DNA from: Azolla caroliniana
Taxonomy: Eukaryota > Plantae > Polypodiophyta
DNA length: 64,000 nucleotides
Reading direction: 5' to 3'
NCBI GenBank assembly: GCA_043228905.1
Contig: JBHGNT010000008.1
Coordinates: 20,398,001-20,462,000, forward strand
Part shown: piece by piece, positions 1 to 11,126 of the stretch
Numbering within the stretch: the stretch's first letter is position 1
Layout of the letters: each line of letters opens with the position of its first letter
The notes under the pieces: model-generated
What the model saw: only the letters and a program-made list of their open reading frames with translations
Databases searched by the model: none
Told to the model about the DNA's origin: nothing
Program-made: the position numbers and the translations under genes

Positions 1-3000
1 TTGTATTCGGGCTTTGCTTGTCGTACAACTTGCAGTTTGCCGGAAGTGTCGATCCGACCGGTTTTGCATCTGACATGTTGAACCGGTGAAGCACCTTTGT
101 CACATACTTCTCCTGTGACAACCATAATTGCTTCACTGACCGGTCCCGAATGATGTGCATCCCCAACATCTGTCTTGCCGGACCCAAGTCCTTCATTGAG
201 AAGGTCCGGTTGAGAGCCTTCTTTAGCATCCGTATTTTTCCTTGGTCTCGTCCGACGATCAACATGTCATCCACGTACAGGAGGAGTATCAGGAAGTCCC
301 CTCCTTCGAACTTCTTCACAAACACGCAGTGATCGGCCTGCGTCTTGTGGTACCCTTGATCGGTCATGAAGGAGTCGAACTTCTGATACCATTGCCGGGG
401 AGCCTGCTTTAGTCCGTATAGGCTCTTCTTCAACCGGCATACTAGGTGCTCCTTCCCTTTCTCCACAAATCCTTCCGGTTGCTGCATGTAGATCTCCTCT
501 TCGAGGTCGCCGTGAAGGAATGTCGTCTTCACGTCCAGCTGCTCTACCTCGAGATCCATGCTTGCTGCTATACTCAGCACCGTCCGGATGGAGGTCATCT
601 TTACTACCGGGGCGAATATTTCGTCAAAGTCCACGCCCTTCTTCTGCTGGAACCCCTTCACCATGATCCTGGCTTTGTATCTCGGGGGGTTGCCGGCATC
701 TCCCGGTTTCAACTTGAATACCCACTTGTTTCGGAGTGCCCGCTTTCCTTTCGGCAGCTCCACCAATTCGTACGTATGGTTCTCATGCAGGGAATCCATC
801 TCATCCTGCATGGCACTTAACCATTTTCAGCTGTGGGTGGCAACCTTCGCTTCTTCGAAGCTTTCCGGCTCCCCCTCATCGGTCAGCAGGACATGCTCTG
901 CATCCGGAAATCTCCGGGGCGCCCTTCTCTCTCTGAGAGGATATCTACGTCTTCGGGCTTCGGTAATCGGTTCCTCCATTTTCTCTTCATCTGAATCCGA
1001 TTCGAGGTCTTGACCGGTTCCGGTCTCAGCTTCCTCTACTTCTTCTTCTGCCAGTTCGGTATCCTCACCGTAACCGGCTGGTTCCTCGAGTGCTAACCGG
1101 TCTCTTGCCGGTTGGGTCTGCTCATTGTAGAGTCTATCCTTACCGGTCGACTCGAAGTTCATTATCTTCTTCTCCGACTCCCAGTCGGCGAGCGTCTTGT
1201 CCTCCATGAAGATAATATCTCGACTCCAGAATACCTTCTTGTCGACCGGGTCCCACACTCGGTAGCCGAACTCATCATCACCGTAACCGAGGAATATGCA
1301 TGCCGGGTCTTTGGATCTAGCTTTCCTCTCCGGTCCTTTGCTACATGCACGTACGCGAGACACCCGAACACCCTCAGATGTCGGTAGGACACTTCCTTAC
1401 CGGTCCATACTCTCTGTGGCGTGTCTCCGTCCAAGGGTACTGAGGGTGATCTGTTTATCACATATGTCGTCGTCGACAGTGCCTCAGCCCAAAACTTCTT
1501 GGGTAGTTTTGCATGCGCTAGCAGACTCCGGACCCTCTCCATTATGGTCCGGTTCATCCTCTCGGCCAGTCCGTTTAGTTCCGGCGTCTTCGGCATGGTA
1601 AATTCGAGCCGGATTCCCTTCGAGCGGCAGTACTCCTCGAACTACCCCCGGTACTCACCTCCATTATCTGCTCGAACCGCCCTCAGCTTCCAGCCGGTTT
1701 TTCTTTCCCCTCTCGCATGGAGCTCTTTGAAGACGGATAACACCTGATCCTTCGTCTTCAGCGGTGTGGCCCACAGCTTCCGGCTGTGGTCATCTATGAA
1801 CGTCACGAAGTACTGCGCTCCGGCATGTGACTTCGTGTCTACTTGACAAACATCCGTATGCACCAACTCGAGTGGTGCATTACGTCTCATCGGTGGCCTT
1901 GGTCGGAAGGAGGTCCGGTTCTGCTTACCGGCCAGACAATCAATGCACTTCTCTAAATGCACGTTCTTCACTGGGATGAGGTTGTCTTCTACAAGCCTCT
2001 TCATCCCCTTCTCACTCATGTGACATAGCCTCTTGTGCCACAGCTCACCGGCAATGTCGGAAGCCACGTTCACTTCTTCCGGACATAACCGGGCATTCAT
2101 CAGGTACAGTGTGTTTACCTTCCGGGCCCAAGCCACAATCATGCTCCCTTTGCTGAACTTCATGACACCGTTCCAGATGCTACCCGTGTAGCCTTCATCA
2201 TCCAGCCGACCGGCTGATATCAAGTTCAGACGAACTTCCGGAACGTGTCAGACATCTTTCAACAGCAACTTGCATCCGGTTGGTGTTGTCAGCCACACGT
2301 CTCCTATGCCGACAATTCGGCATGTTCCTTCATTCCCCATCCGGACACAACCGTGATCACCGGCTGAGTAGGATGAGAAGCATTTCCGGTCCGGGGTAAG
2401 GTGGAACGACGCTTCGGAATCTACCACCCAGGTCATCTCATCGCCGGCATGGTTTATCTCACTCTCCTCGGTGATGAGCATCAACTCCTCTTCACTTGCT
2501 GCAATTGCCGTCGTTCCCTTCCTGTCCGGCCCCCTCCGGTCTTTACCGTTCCGGTCTGTACCGTTCCGGTTCGGGGTTTGCTTCGGATCGGTATCGTCGG
2601 TTTCCTTGTCTTTACGGAAATGCCGACAGTTCTTTTGGAAGTGTCCCGGCTTGCCGCAATAGAAGCACGTAGGCCTCCCCCTTGACTTTGATCGTGTCCC
2701 CGACTTCTCCCGGTTCTGGGGACTACGGTTTCTATGTCTTCCGCGTTCCGATTCGGTAAGAAGCACTTTGGAGTCGGAGCTCGTATCTTTGTCTTTCCGA
2801 CGAGCCTCCTCATCTAGCAAGCTCGACTTTACTCTTGCTAGGGATAACCGTTTTCCTTCCGGCCCGGCGTTGCCCAAAGTAACAACCAACGTCTCCCAGC
2901 TATCCGGGAGGGAACCGAGCAGGAGTAACGCTAGGACCTCATCGGCAAGAGATACTTACAATGACGTTGCCTGGTGAATCAGCCCCTGGAAGGCATTCAT

Positions 3001-3376
3001 ATGCTCCGCCATGCTGGAGCCATCTTGGTACCGGAGTCTTACAAGCTTCCGGAATATCGACGCCTGATTGACAACATTTTTGTTCTGGAACATTATGCTG
3101 ATCTTCTCCCAGAGCTCATGAGCCTTGCTCTCTTCATTGAAGTTGTTGTACAGGCTCATGTCGATGAAGCACCGTATGTACGCCGTTGTCTTCATGTGCA
3201 TCACCTCCCATATCGCGGCGTCGATTTTGTCCGGTCTCTTGTCCCCGAACTGAACCGGCAGCCAGAGGTCTTTAACCACGAGCATGTCCCTCATCTTCGA
3301 CTTCCACACTGAATAGTTGGAGCCGGTGAGCTTGAACATGCCGCCAAACGATTCGTCCATTTTCTGTGTCGATTTC

Positions 3377-3388
3377 GCTCTAATACCA
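3377..3388 (-). promoter_or_regulatory. Primer binding site, tRNA-iMet
   Basis: Minus strand TGGTATTAGAGC (consensus TGGTATCAGAGC), 2 nt from the LTR. Confidence 0.85.
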
Positions 3389-3390
3389 CT

Positions 3391-4111
3391 TGTTGAGAAC
3401 TCGACGTTCCTTATGTCCGACGCTCGGCCACAATCGAGATTCTTTTCATACACAGAAAAACAGGTAATGAAACACGACACAAAAGAGGAGAAATGGTACA
3501 CAGGAGGTATACATGGAAAACCCCAAAATAGGGGAAAAACCACGGCAGCCCACAAGCTGCAAACTGTCACTATGCAGAAATATACAACAGTGAGATCACT
3601 GAGGCAACGACCTCGTGCTCTCAGATCTTCGCCACAGGCGGCGGTTACAACAGAGGCAACGACCTCGTCTCTCTCTCTCTCTCTGTGTCTCTCTATACAG
3701 TTACGCGCTCTGATTTCTTCTTGCGCCAACAAGGAAGAATAATAACAAAAAATAACGACAACAACTACTCGACTAAAACTTTGCCCTAAGTCATATTTAT
3801 ACTAATATGACTTTTCGGCTATTTACAAATGTAGCCTCGATGGGCTCCATCCGGCTCTCTGCAGTCGGGTACTCCCCATCCGGCTCTCCGTAGTCGGGTA
3901 CTCCTCATCCAGTTCATACCGGGCCTCGGCCTGTCGGCCTCGGCCGAGTTTGTTCGTCGGCACTGTTCTTCTACCTTCCCATCCGGTGGGACCTGTTTCC
4001 CAACACTCTTGTCGGGTATTCGTCATCCGACTCTCATCGGGTCTTCCGTTGCCGGGTACTCGTCAACATTGTTCTTCTCACTTCCCATCCGGGGGGACCT
4101 GTCTCCTAACA
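3391..4111 (-). repeat. 5' LTR of family A copia
   Basis: TGTTGAG...CTAACA ends; homologous to solo LTR 21093-21741 and to LTRs at 27453, 32179, 52928 and 56182. Confidence 0.88.
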
Positions 4112-5450
4112 CTAAGATTTGTATACATTCCTTGAACTGTGAATTTTGCCAATAACTCCTAAAATTATGTGGAATGAACTCCCCCAGTTGGTTCTTTTAA
4201 TCTGAGACAAGGGTAGCAACATATGTCTCCTTATATACTTCCTTGATACGCTTACTAACGAGACCCTTAGCTATATTTTCTGTCACATATTCACAATATG
4301 ACAATTATCTACATCAAAGCTCTTGTCTACAAGATGGCGGTTGTGGGCAAACCTTACATGTTCTTAGAAGACATGTACAATTATGCCACTCAAATGATGG
4401 TTGTTTTTCACAAACAAAAGACCTCCATAACTCAGAAACCGATGCATAAGTCATGTTTCGCGCATTACATCTATTCTCACTCCCATTTGGTCTACATACC
4501 TCACAATTGCAAACACGCCCATCCTTGTGTATACCCTTAGAATCATTACGCATAGTGTTCAGGCCAAGCCTTAACATGTCCATTTTAATGTGGTACACAC
4601 AACAACATGTGTTCCTCTGTTTTAACTTTCTAACAAAAAACGGTTTCAAACCTTGGAATTGCAAAATCCAAGAATGATGTTAGGATGTTGGTCTTTGAAG
4701 TTCATGAACAATTCAGCATACATAAGTCAATAAATAGGTAGCGTTAATAGAATCCATTAGTAAAATAAAATAAAATAAACAAAATAGATAAAAACAAAAG
4801 AATTACATTTGTCATCTCCAAGAAGTGTCTTGGGTGAATTTGGTACCTACCCCGACTTATACATTATCTACATACATCTTTTTTATTCGGTGAGACACGC
4901 GTGTTTTTTGTCCAAAAGGAATCCACTTTCTCAATAATCTCATGAGACAAGGCATGACATCGTCGTCTACGACCTACCCCAACCACTTAAATTGATTTGA
5001 CTGTATATTTGTCCGATGCTTCCTCAAGTTCCTTCTTAGAATACCAAGGGCTAAGGCAACTTTAGTATCACTATTTTTCTTTTTCTTGTACCATTTACAA
5101 CCATGTGAATGGCTGCTCTCTTTGCACCAAGCTTATCTATGCACTCTACCCCTTTCACTAAGTGTAGGGATGACTTCATAGACTCTACAATCTCCTCTGA
5201 AACACATTGATCCCTAAACTTAATAGTTTCCATGTACTCATACAAAAGTTGATGGTATAACACTCTAAAGATAATATCCCTACGATCTTCCTTGGTAAAT
5301 CTCTCAATTACTTCTAGTAAATAACGGACTAGGTGAAGAACCACCCGTCTCTTGCTCCTCTCAAACATAGAATTGCTACATGACAACTCACTCTCCTTAA
5401 CATCTACCATTGCCACTCTCATGTATTCCAGTACCTAATTTCTTGTTATT
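4112..5450 (-). pseudogene. Relic of a Cys-rich, DNA-transposase-like gene, truncated by the copia insertion
   Basis: Broken minus-strand frames: FWTKNTRVSPNKKDVC, FKDQHPNI, LKPFFVRKLKQRNTCCCVYH, CNCEVC, FIPHNFRSYWQNSQFKEC; AT-rich putative intron ~4805-4725. Confidence 0.5.
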
Positions 5451-5503
5451 TCAATACCTAATTAATCAAAATAAATGCTTAATACATCGTAGAATAAACG
5501 CTT

Positions 5504-5627
5504 AAGACATACCGAGTGAAGGAGAAGACATACCGAGGGAAGGAGAAGACATACCGAGGGAAGGAGAAGATATACAAAGGGAAGGAGGCAACATACCAAG
5601 GGAAGGAGAAGACATACAGATGGAAGG
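5504..5627. repeat. 21-bp minisatellite, ~6 copies
   Basis: Unit GAAGGAGAAGACATACCGAGG repeated with variants. Confidence 0.85.
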
Positions 5628-6064
5628 CTAAGATGGGGAAGATGTTTGACACAAAGAACAACCAAATCTTGGGGACATTCGCGTGCTACAAATACCAGAG
5701 ATGCAGAGAACGACAAAACAGTGAATCTGAGATGGGCTTGATTGGAAGGAGGAAGAGGATACGCCAAAATGGTGAAATAGCCCCCAAATCATTCTTGAAT
5801 CCTGAATATGCAGCAATTGTCTCCCCCCATTAAATGCAACGTGTACTACCCCCACCCCACTCCCTAAAAAGATTATAATTTTTTTCCGTTTTTTTTTAAA
5901 AACCTTTTTATAATTACTTAGTACTAACAGTACTCATGTTTTTTTTGGCCAAAAACAGTACTTTTTTGGTACACCATAGCATGCTTCGACCCTATAATCA
6001 TATTCTATGACACATAACTAATGAGTTTTCACATTCCCCATGATCCATGAGCTTCTATATCTCT

Positions 6065-8360
6065 AGAAAGAAAGAAAGAAAGATATATTAACGTCTTCTA
6101 AGGCCAAATTTGGCCCATGAGACAATTGGTTTACAACAAAAAAGAGTGTTTATCCAATCATCAAAACTAAAATAAAAGAAAATAGCTTAAGCTAAGAGAG
6201 TTCTAGTAGTGTAGAAAACTTTGCACTAAGCCTAATCTCATTTCCATCCAAGTCTCTCAAAAAGAAGTGGGAGGTCAAAAGTTTTTGGTGTGGGTGTGAC
6301 CCATGGTCCCGGTGTATAGAGAGCCCTAGCCATGGCTTCTAGGTGGTGTAGTTCACGTTCCCTTATTTTCTTTATTGCTTCTACATCTCGTCGAATTGCT
6401 TTGAAACCCGGCATCCAAGGGTGTTTGGTTCTTCTTTGATTTTCTACTTCATCAAGGAAAAGCCCGAGTGGTGCAGGTGTGTTGACATTCATTGTCTCCC
6501 CCTGTTCCTGAAAAACTTCATTTGTTACATGTTGGTAAACATTAGCAACATTATTATCAACGTTTTGTAACTTATTCTCTCTGTGTTGTTTCAATTCTAA
6601 TATGTATCTACCTAATTTCCTTATATCTAGTGTATATAATAGTTTAGGGAGGGTGGGAGAGGAACCAAGTATGTCTTGGTATTTTGCCCTTATCTCGGCA
6701 TAGGTGGGGCATTTGCATGTAAAATGGTACTCATCCTCTATCTCTATGTGGCATAACCTACATATCCTTTCCTCCCTAGGGACTCCATTAGTACATCCAT
6801 TCTCAATCTCAAGTTGGTGAGATGATATTCTAAGTTGACCAATGGCAACCCTTAGTGCATGTGGTAAGAATACATCTAGATATCTTGGCCGCGTGATAAA
6901 ACCTAACTTAGAGAAGTGCATAAAGTGTTCCTTATAGTGCGACATTTTAGATGGGAGTGGCTCTAGTGGGGTGATCCATTTATACCGAGTATAAATTTGC
7001 CATATTTCTTGGCGTATTACTTTATTAAGGTCCTCATGAGATATTAAAGTGTTATCAGTCGTGTGGTCGTACTTAAGGGGGGGGAGGTTATTAATGTCTA
7101 GACTGTTGGCAAGAAACCAACTCACCATCATGCCATACCATGAGCTAGTATAGCCAGACTCATACAATGCTCAAGAAGCCTTAAAGGCTTGATGGGATAT
7201 TCTATCAAGTGGTTAGTTATGTATCCTGTGGATAAAGACTACAAGTTGAAAAACTGCTTCTCCTAACATAGGGGGTAGAGTGAACTCAACCCTAATAATG
7301 TCATGTGGGACCGACGATTTGCTTCAGAGTTGGCGTGATAACATCATCACCAATGGTCTCTCTAATTGCCTCCACATGAAAGATGGTAGTCCTGGAGCCC
7401 AAACCGTTGATGCATGCATGAGAGAGGGAGTCACTATTGAGTCAAAGAGCCACCCTTTAGTTCGTGGTTCTTGGAAGTATGCTTGGTGGCATTGTCTCTC
7501 GAGGAGTGAGAGGGATGCATGTCTTCTTGTAAGTCTATCCTTCGTTGCTTGTGTCATCGAAAATTTACCTGAGCGGGCACTGAAAGTGACTCCGAGATAA
7601 ACATATGATCCAACCACCTCAACTGGGCTATGGGAGATAATTAGGTGACACTTGGGCCGACGTGTGGAAGATAAGGACTTTAGTTTTCCCTAGATTCACT
7701 ACCAATCCTCGTTGTGTGCAGAAGTCATCTAAGGCATTAAGGTGACTTTGTAGGTTGTGTTCGGATTCAGACAACAAAACTATGTCATCTGCATAGAGCA
7801 AGATACGCACCTGCATATCCCCAAGGACTACTCCATTGCCTCCCTTACGAGCAATAAAATCTGTGATCTCATCAATGTAGATCCCAAAAAGAGTCGGAGA
7901 TAAGGGGCAACCTTGTTTTACACCAATAGTGCTAGTGAAACTATCGGATATGCCACCTGGGCATCGAACATAGTCGGACACTTGTTCATATAGTGCGTAG
8001 ATGGCCCAAACCATGTCATCTGGTATTCTCAAGCTCTTAAGCCTATCAAACAACCGCTCTCTAGGGACCGTGTCAAAGGCTTTGCGGAAGTCCACAAAAC
8101 AACAATATAGTTTTTTCTTGCGAGCCTTAGTGTGGTCAATTAAGCATCTAAGTGTGAAGATATGATGAATAGTGGCGAAGGCTCGTCGAAAGCCAACCTG
8201 TTCAGGTGCACGAAGATTTAAGGTCTCCATATAATCGCTAAGCTCTGCCTCCATTACTGCACCATATAATTTAGCAAGGGTATGACCTATCATAATGGTC
8301 CTATAAGTATTTGGGTCCATGAGGTCCCCCCCTTTTATGTATGGGGGCCACTGTATTTTA
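6065..8360 (-). mobile_element. 5'-truncated non-LTR retrotransposon (LINE, RTEX/RTE-like ORF2)
   Basis: RT motifs FVDFRKAFD, GVKQGCPLSPTLF, LLYADD (8320-7628), YVYLG; C-terminal LRISSHQL...RICRLC...EDEYHFTCKC zinc finger (7167-6238); (CTTT)n 3' tail at ~6065-6083; endonuclease absent. Confidence 0.88.
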
Positions 8361-9255
8361 ATAAGTTAATGAAGAGAGAGGGTGGCCTTATATAAACCAC
8401 CCTCCTACTTTATAAAGGGTTAGTTATTCTCCCTTGTAATGGTTCATTTTGTACTAGTCTTGATATTCTACTTGTTAATATACATCTTCTTGAGTACTTC
8501 ATTTCGTTTATCTATCTTATGTTTCTCTCCTCCTTGCTCCTCTTTTCACACACACACACATAACACACATCTCTTCCGCTGCAGAGAATCATATTTGATT
8601 CTTTACAAAAACAAAAGAAATAAAAACTAATTAAAACTCGTTAAACCAAGGCTTAATGGTTCGGTTCAGTAAGCCGAATTCGGGCCCATAGCTCCTACAC
8701 TCCATAGTTTTGTTTGTGGGAATAAAATTATCATTTTACTACTCTACACATGATAGGTTGTGCTTGAAAGTTTGTAACTGATGTTGGCTTTTCTGTTTCA
8801 CAAATTTAGGGTTGTCGGGGACGCTGAGGATAATGATTGGGCCCTGGATGTAAATGGGTGTCTAGATCAACGTTAGACAGGGATGGTGCAGGACTTGTAA
8901 TGGTGATTGTTTATTTATACTCCTTAATCTAATACCATTTGGAAGTGTAGCAATAGAATATGTAACAGATTTGTATTGATTCCATTGAAATGAAACAAAA
9001 TGTACAATGACACAACAGGCAATTGCCAACGGTGTTTGTGTCTTTTCGGATGAGACACAATGCCTCTTCGTTTGTCTTTTCGATAAGAGAACATATCTAG
9101 TATTATTTGTAATCGTGTATTTGTTTTTATTGTTTTATTATTCTCTGTTTCAACATGACAATATGGACATTCTCATGTGATGGCCAAAAGTAGATCATGC
9201 CAAGAGGTATTATTGGGCGGGACTTGTTAGCATACTCATATGACACACATGTTTT

Positions 9256-9734
9256 TTAACAAGAGAGGTTGGATCCGGGATCCACACCCAAGGTGCTGCA
9301 GAACGATTGGTAGAGCTGGATTCGGTGTTGTTGGCCGGCCAGGTTTGAGGGGTTGCTTCCACACTCGAGACCGCCATTGATAGTATGGATCGTGGCACCG
9401 AACCCATTGCCGTTAACCATGGCGTTGTGACAAGTTTGCGACGAGCTCGTCATCCAGAACCAGACAGCCGTCTTAAAGGAGATAATGGGATTGGATGAGA
9501 CGACCCCGGGGTTGTTGATTCCATCGAATCCGATGGCGTCTCCGGCCGCTTTGTAGTTGTAGTTATGGGTCAGTTGGATGGGGCCACGGCCGTAGTACTG
9601 TTGTCCGGACGCACAAGGGACACCCGACGATGTGTCGCAATACGTGGCCTTGTTAATCTCCTCCACATATTGTCCACCTGAGACCACAGATATATTTACC
9701 AACATATTATGGCTCCATGGATCAAAATATGTAC

Positions 9735-9771
<37 letters not shown>

Positions 9772-10265
9772 GGGTTATTCGTTACTGTCTGTCTTGGTCA
9801 CATACTTCCTGTCTCGTGCGCGATGTTGGCGAAGAACGCCGCGAGCTCGCGCTTCTGGACGTCGGAGCTGCCTGTGGTGCCGAAGCCACTGTAGGCAGCA
9901 GCCGCTGTGAGGAAGGCGTCGTAAGTGTAGAAGCCGTTGGCGGGAGCCGAGTTCCGCTGGGAGAGGAACTGATTGAAGATGGCGCTGGTGATGATGGAGG
10001 AGACGCCGCCGCCACCAGAAGGGGAGGAGGAGGAGCAGGTGCAGGGCCCGCTCTGGCAGCCGGTGCAACAGTAATCGCTCGTGGAGCCGCAGTAGCCGTA
10101 TTGGCTGCAGCAGAGATTATCGGCGCAAACGGCTCCGCCGGCTTGGCTACCGCACTGCTGGGCGAGGCAGGTGGAAGGAAAGCCGGCAAAGAGGAGCAGC
10201 GCCGCCAACAGAACGGCGGCGCCCATGTGTTGTTGCCGTCGCGTCGCCGTGGCCGTAGAACTCAT
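9256..10265 (-). CDS. GH19 endochitinase with N-terminal hevein (CBM18) domain; exons 10265-9806 and 9677-9256, 293 aa
   Basis: Signal peptide, [25 protein letters not shown] hevein domain, Ser/Gly hinge, [16 protein letters not shown]|[46 protein letters not shown]; GT-AG phase-1 intron 9805-9678 joins in frame (460+422=882 nt). Confidence 0.95.
9739..9768. repeat. (GA)n microsatellite in the chitinase intron
   Basis: Direct reading. Confidence 0.9.
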
Positions 10266-10343
10266 TCAAAAATATAAATAATAAATAATAATAGAGTAAT
10301 TTGATTTATTTGTATGTCACAAGAACCTCCTCGTCTGTGTGTC

Positions 10344-10351
10344 TTTATATA
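10344..10351 (-). promoter_or_regulatory. Candidate TATA box of the chitinase
   Basis: TATATAAA on the minus strand ~80 bp upstream of the ATG; a second TATA-like run near 10381-10390. Confidence 0.5.
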
Positions 10352-10744
10352 TACGTAGAACCTCCTATTGTGGGTGTGTATTTATATATACGTAGAGATG
10401 CACTTGGGTAGTCACTAGGCACTCTGTCCATTCGACTTGGTCTGACCAATAAATGCAAACCTTGATACAAGCATGTTTGAACATGTTCGGGTAGAAAAGC
10501 TGTCATGTCATGTTGTGACACTACTACAAAACTTGATGCGACCCAAGAAAATGTGGTAATCTCCCGAGCCCACCAGGAAATGTTCAACTAGTTAATATGG
10601 TTGAGTTATGGAGTGGTCATATGCAAACTCGATAATATTAACAAACAATGTCGGCCCACTTTACTAACGAGCGAGTAGCGCATAGTTCTCTTTTTATGAT
10701 TTGAACCTTATTTTGAACATGAGTTGCCTTGCATGTATGTACAT

Positions 10745-11083
10745 GGTGGTTATCAAGGATAAAACCCTACCCACTATCGAAACACAATACTTTTGCACGA
10801 TATGCTATTTATCATTCTTCGAACAAGATTTTAAGTTCATTATATTTTAAGAGATTCATTATAATTCTTGAAACAAGAGGGACCTCATTATTTTTAAGGA
10901 GGTTGTTACCACGTTTGAAACCCCTTATTACAACTTTTTGAATTATTTATATATATACTAATTAGTCATGACTAAAATATATACATATATAAATCTTCTT
11001 TAAACTCTCACATTTAAATTTACATACGGAGAGTTTAGAAACAAAACTTCTTTTTGAGTGGATAACCAATCATGAAGTCGTTC

Positions 11084-11126
<43 letters not shown>

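Larger units (their letters stand above)
1..4111 (-). mobile_element. Ty1/copia LTR retrotransposon (family A, Tork/Tnt1-like), degenerate, 3' part outside window
   Basis: Minus-strand gag (MDESFGGMFKLTGSNY, ATG at 3360), CCHC knuckle CFYCGKPGHFQKNC, protease VVDSEASFH, GAG-pre-integrase WHKRLCHMSEKG, integrase (HTDVC, DNGGEY), RT; frameshifts and stops; 5' LTR 3391-4111; PBS at 3377-3388. Confidence 0.95.

Noticed and set aside
5504-5627. CRISPR-like array or KEKTYRG repeat protein
   Set aside because: No unique spacers, eukaryotic context; the ORFs arise from a 21-bp repeat lacking stops
8378-8405. Hairpin GAGGGTGG..TATATAAA..CCACCCTC
   Set aside because: Probably the promoter region of an unrecognised LTR fragment; boundaries cannot be supported
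9717-10277. 186-aa plus-strand ORF
   Set aside because: Antisense shadow of the GC-rich chitinase exon 1
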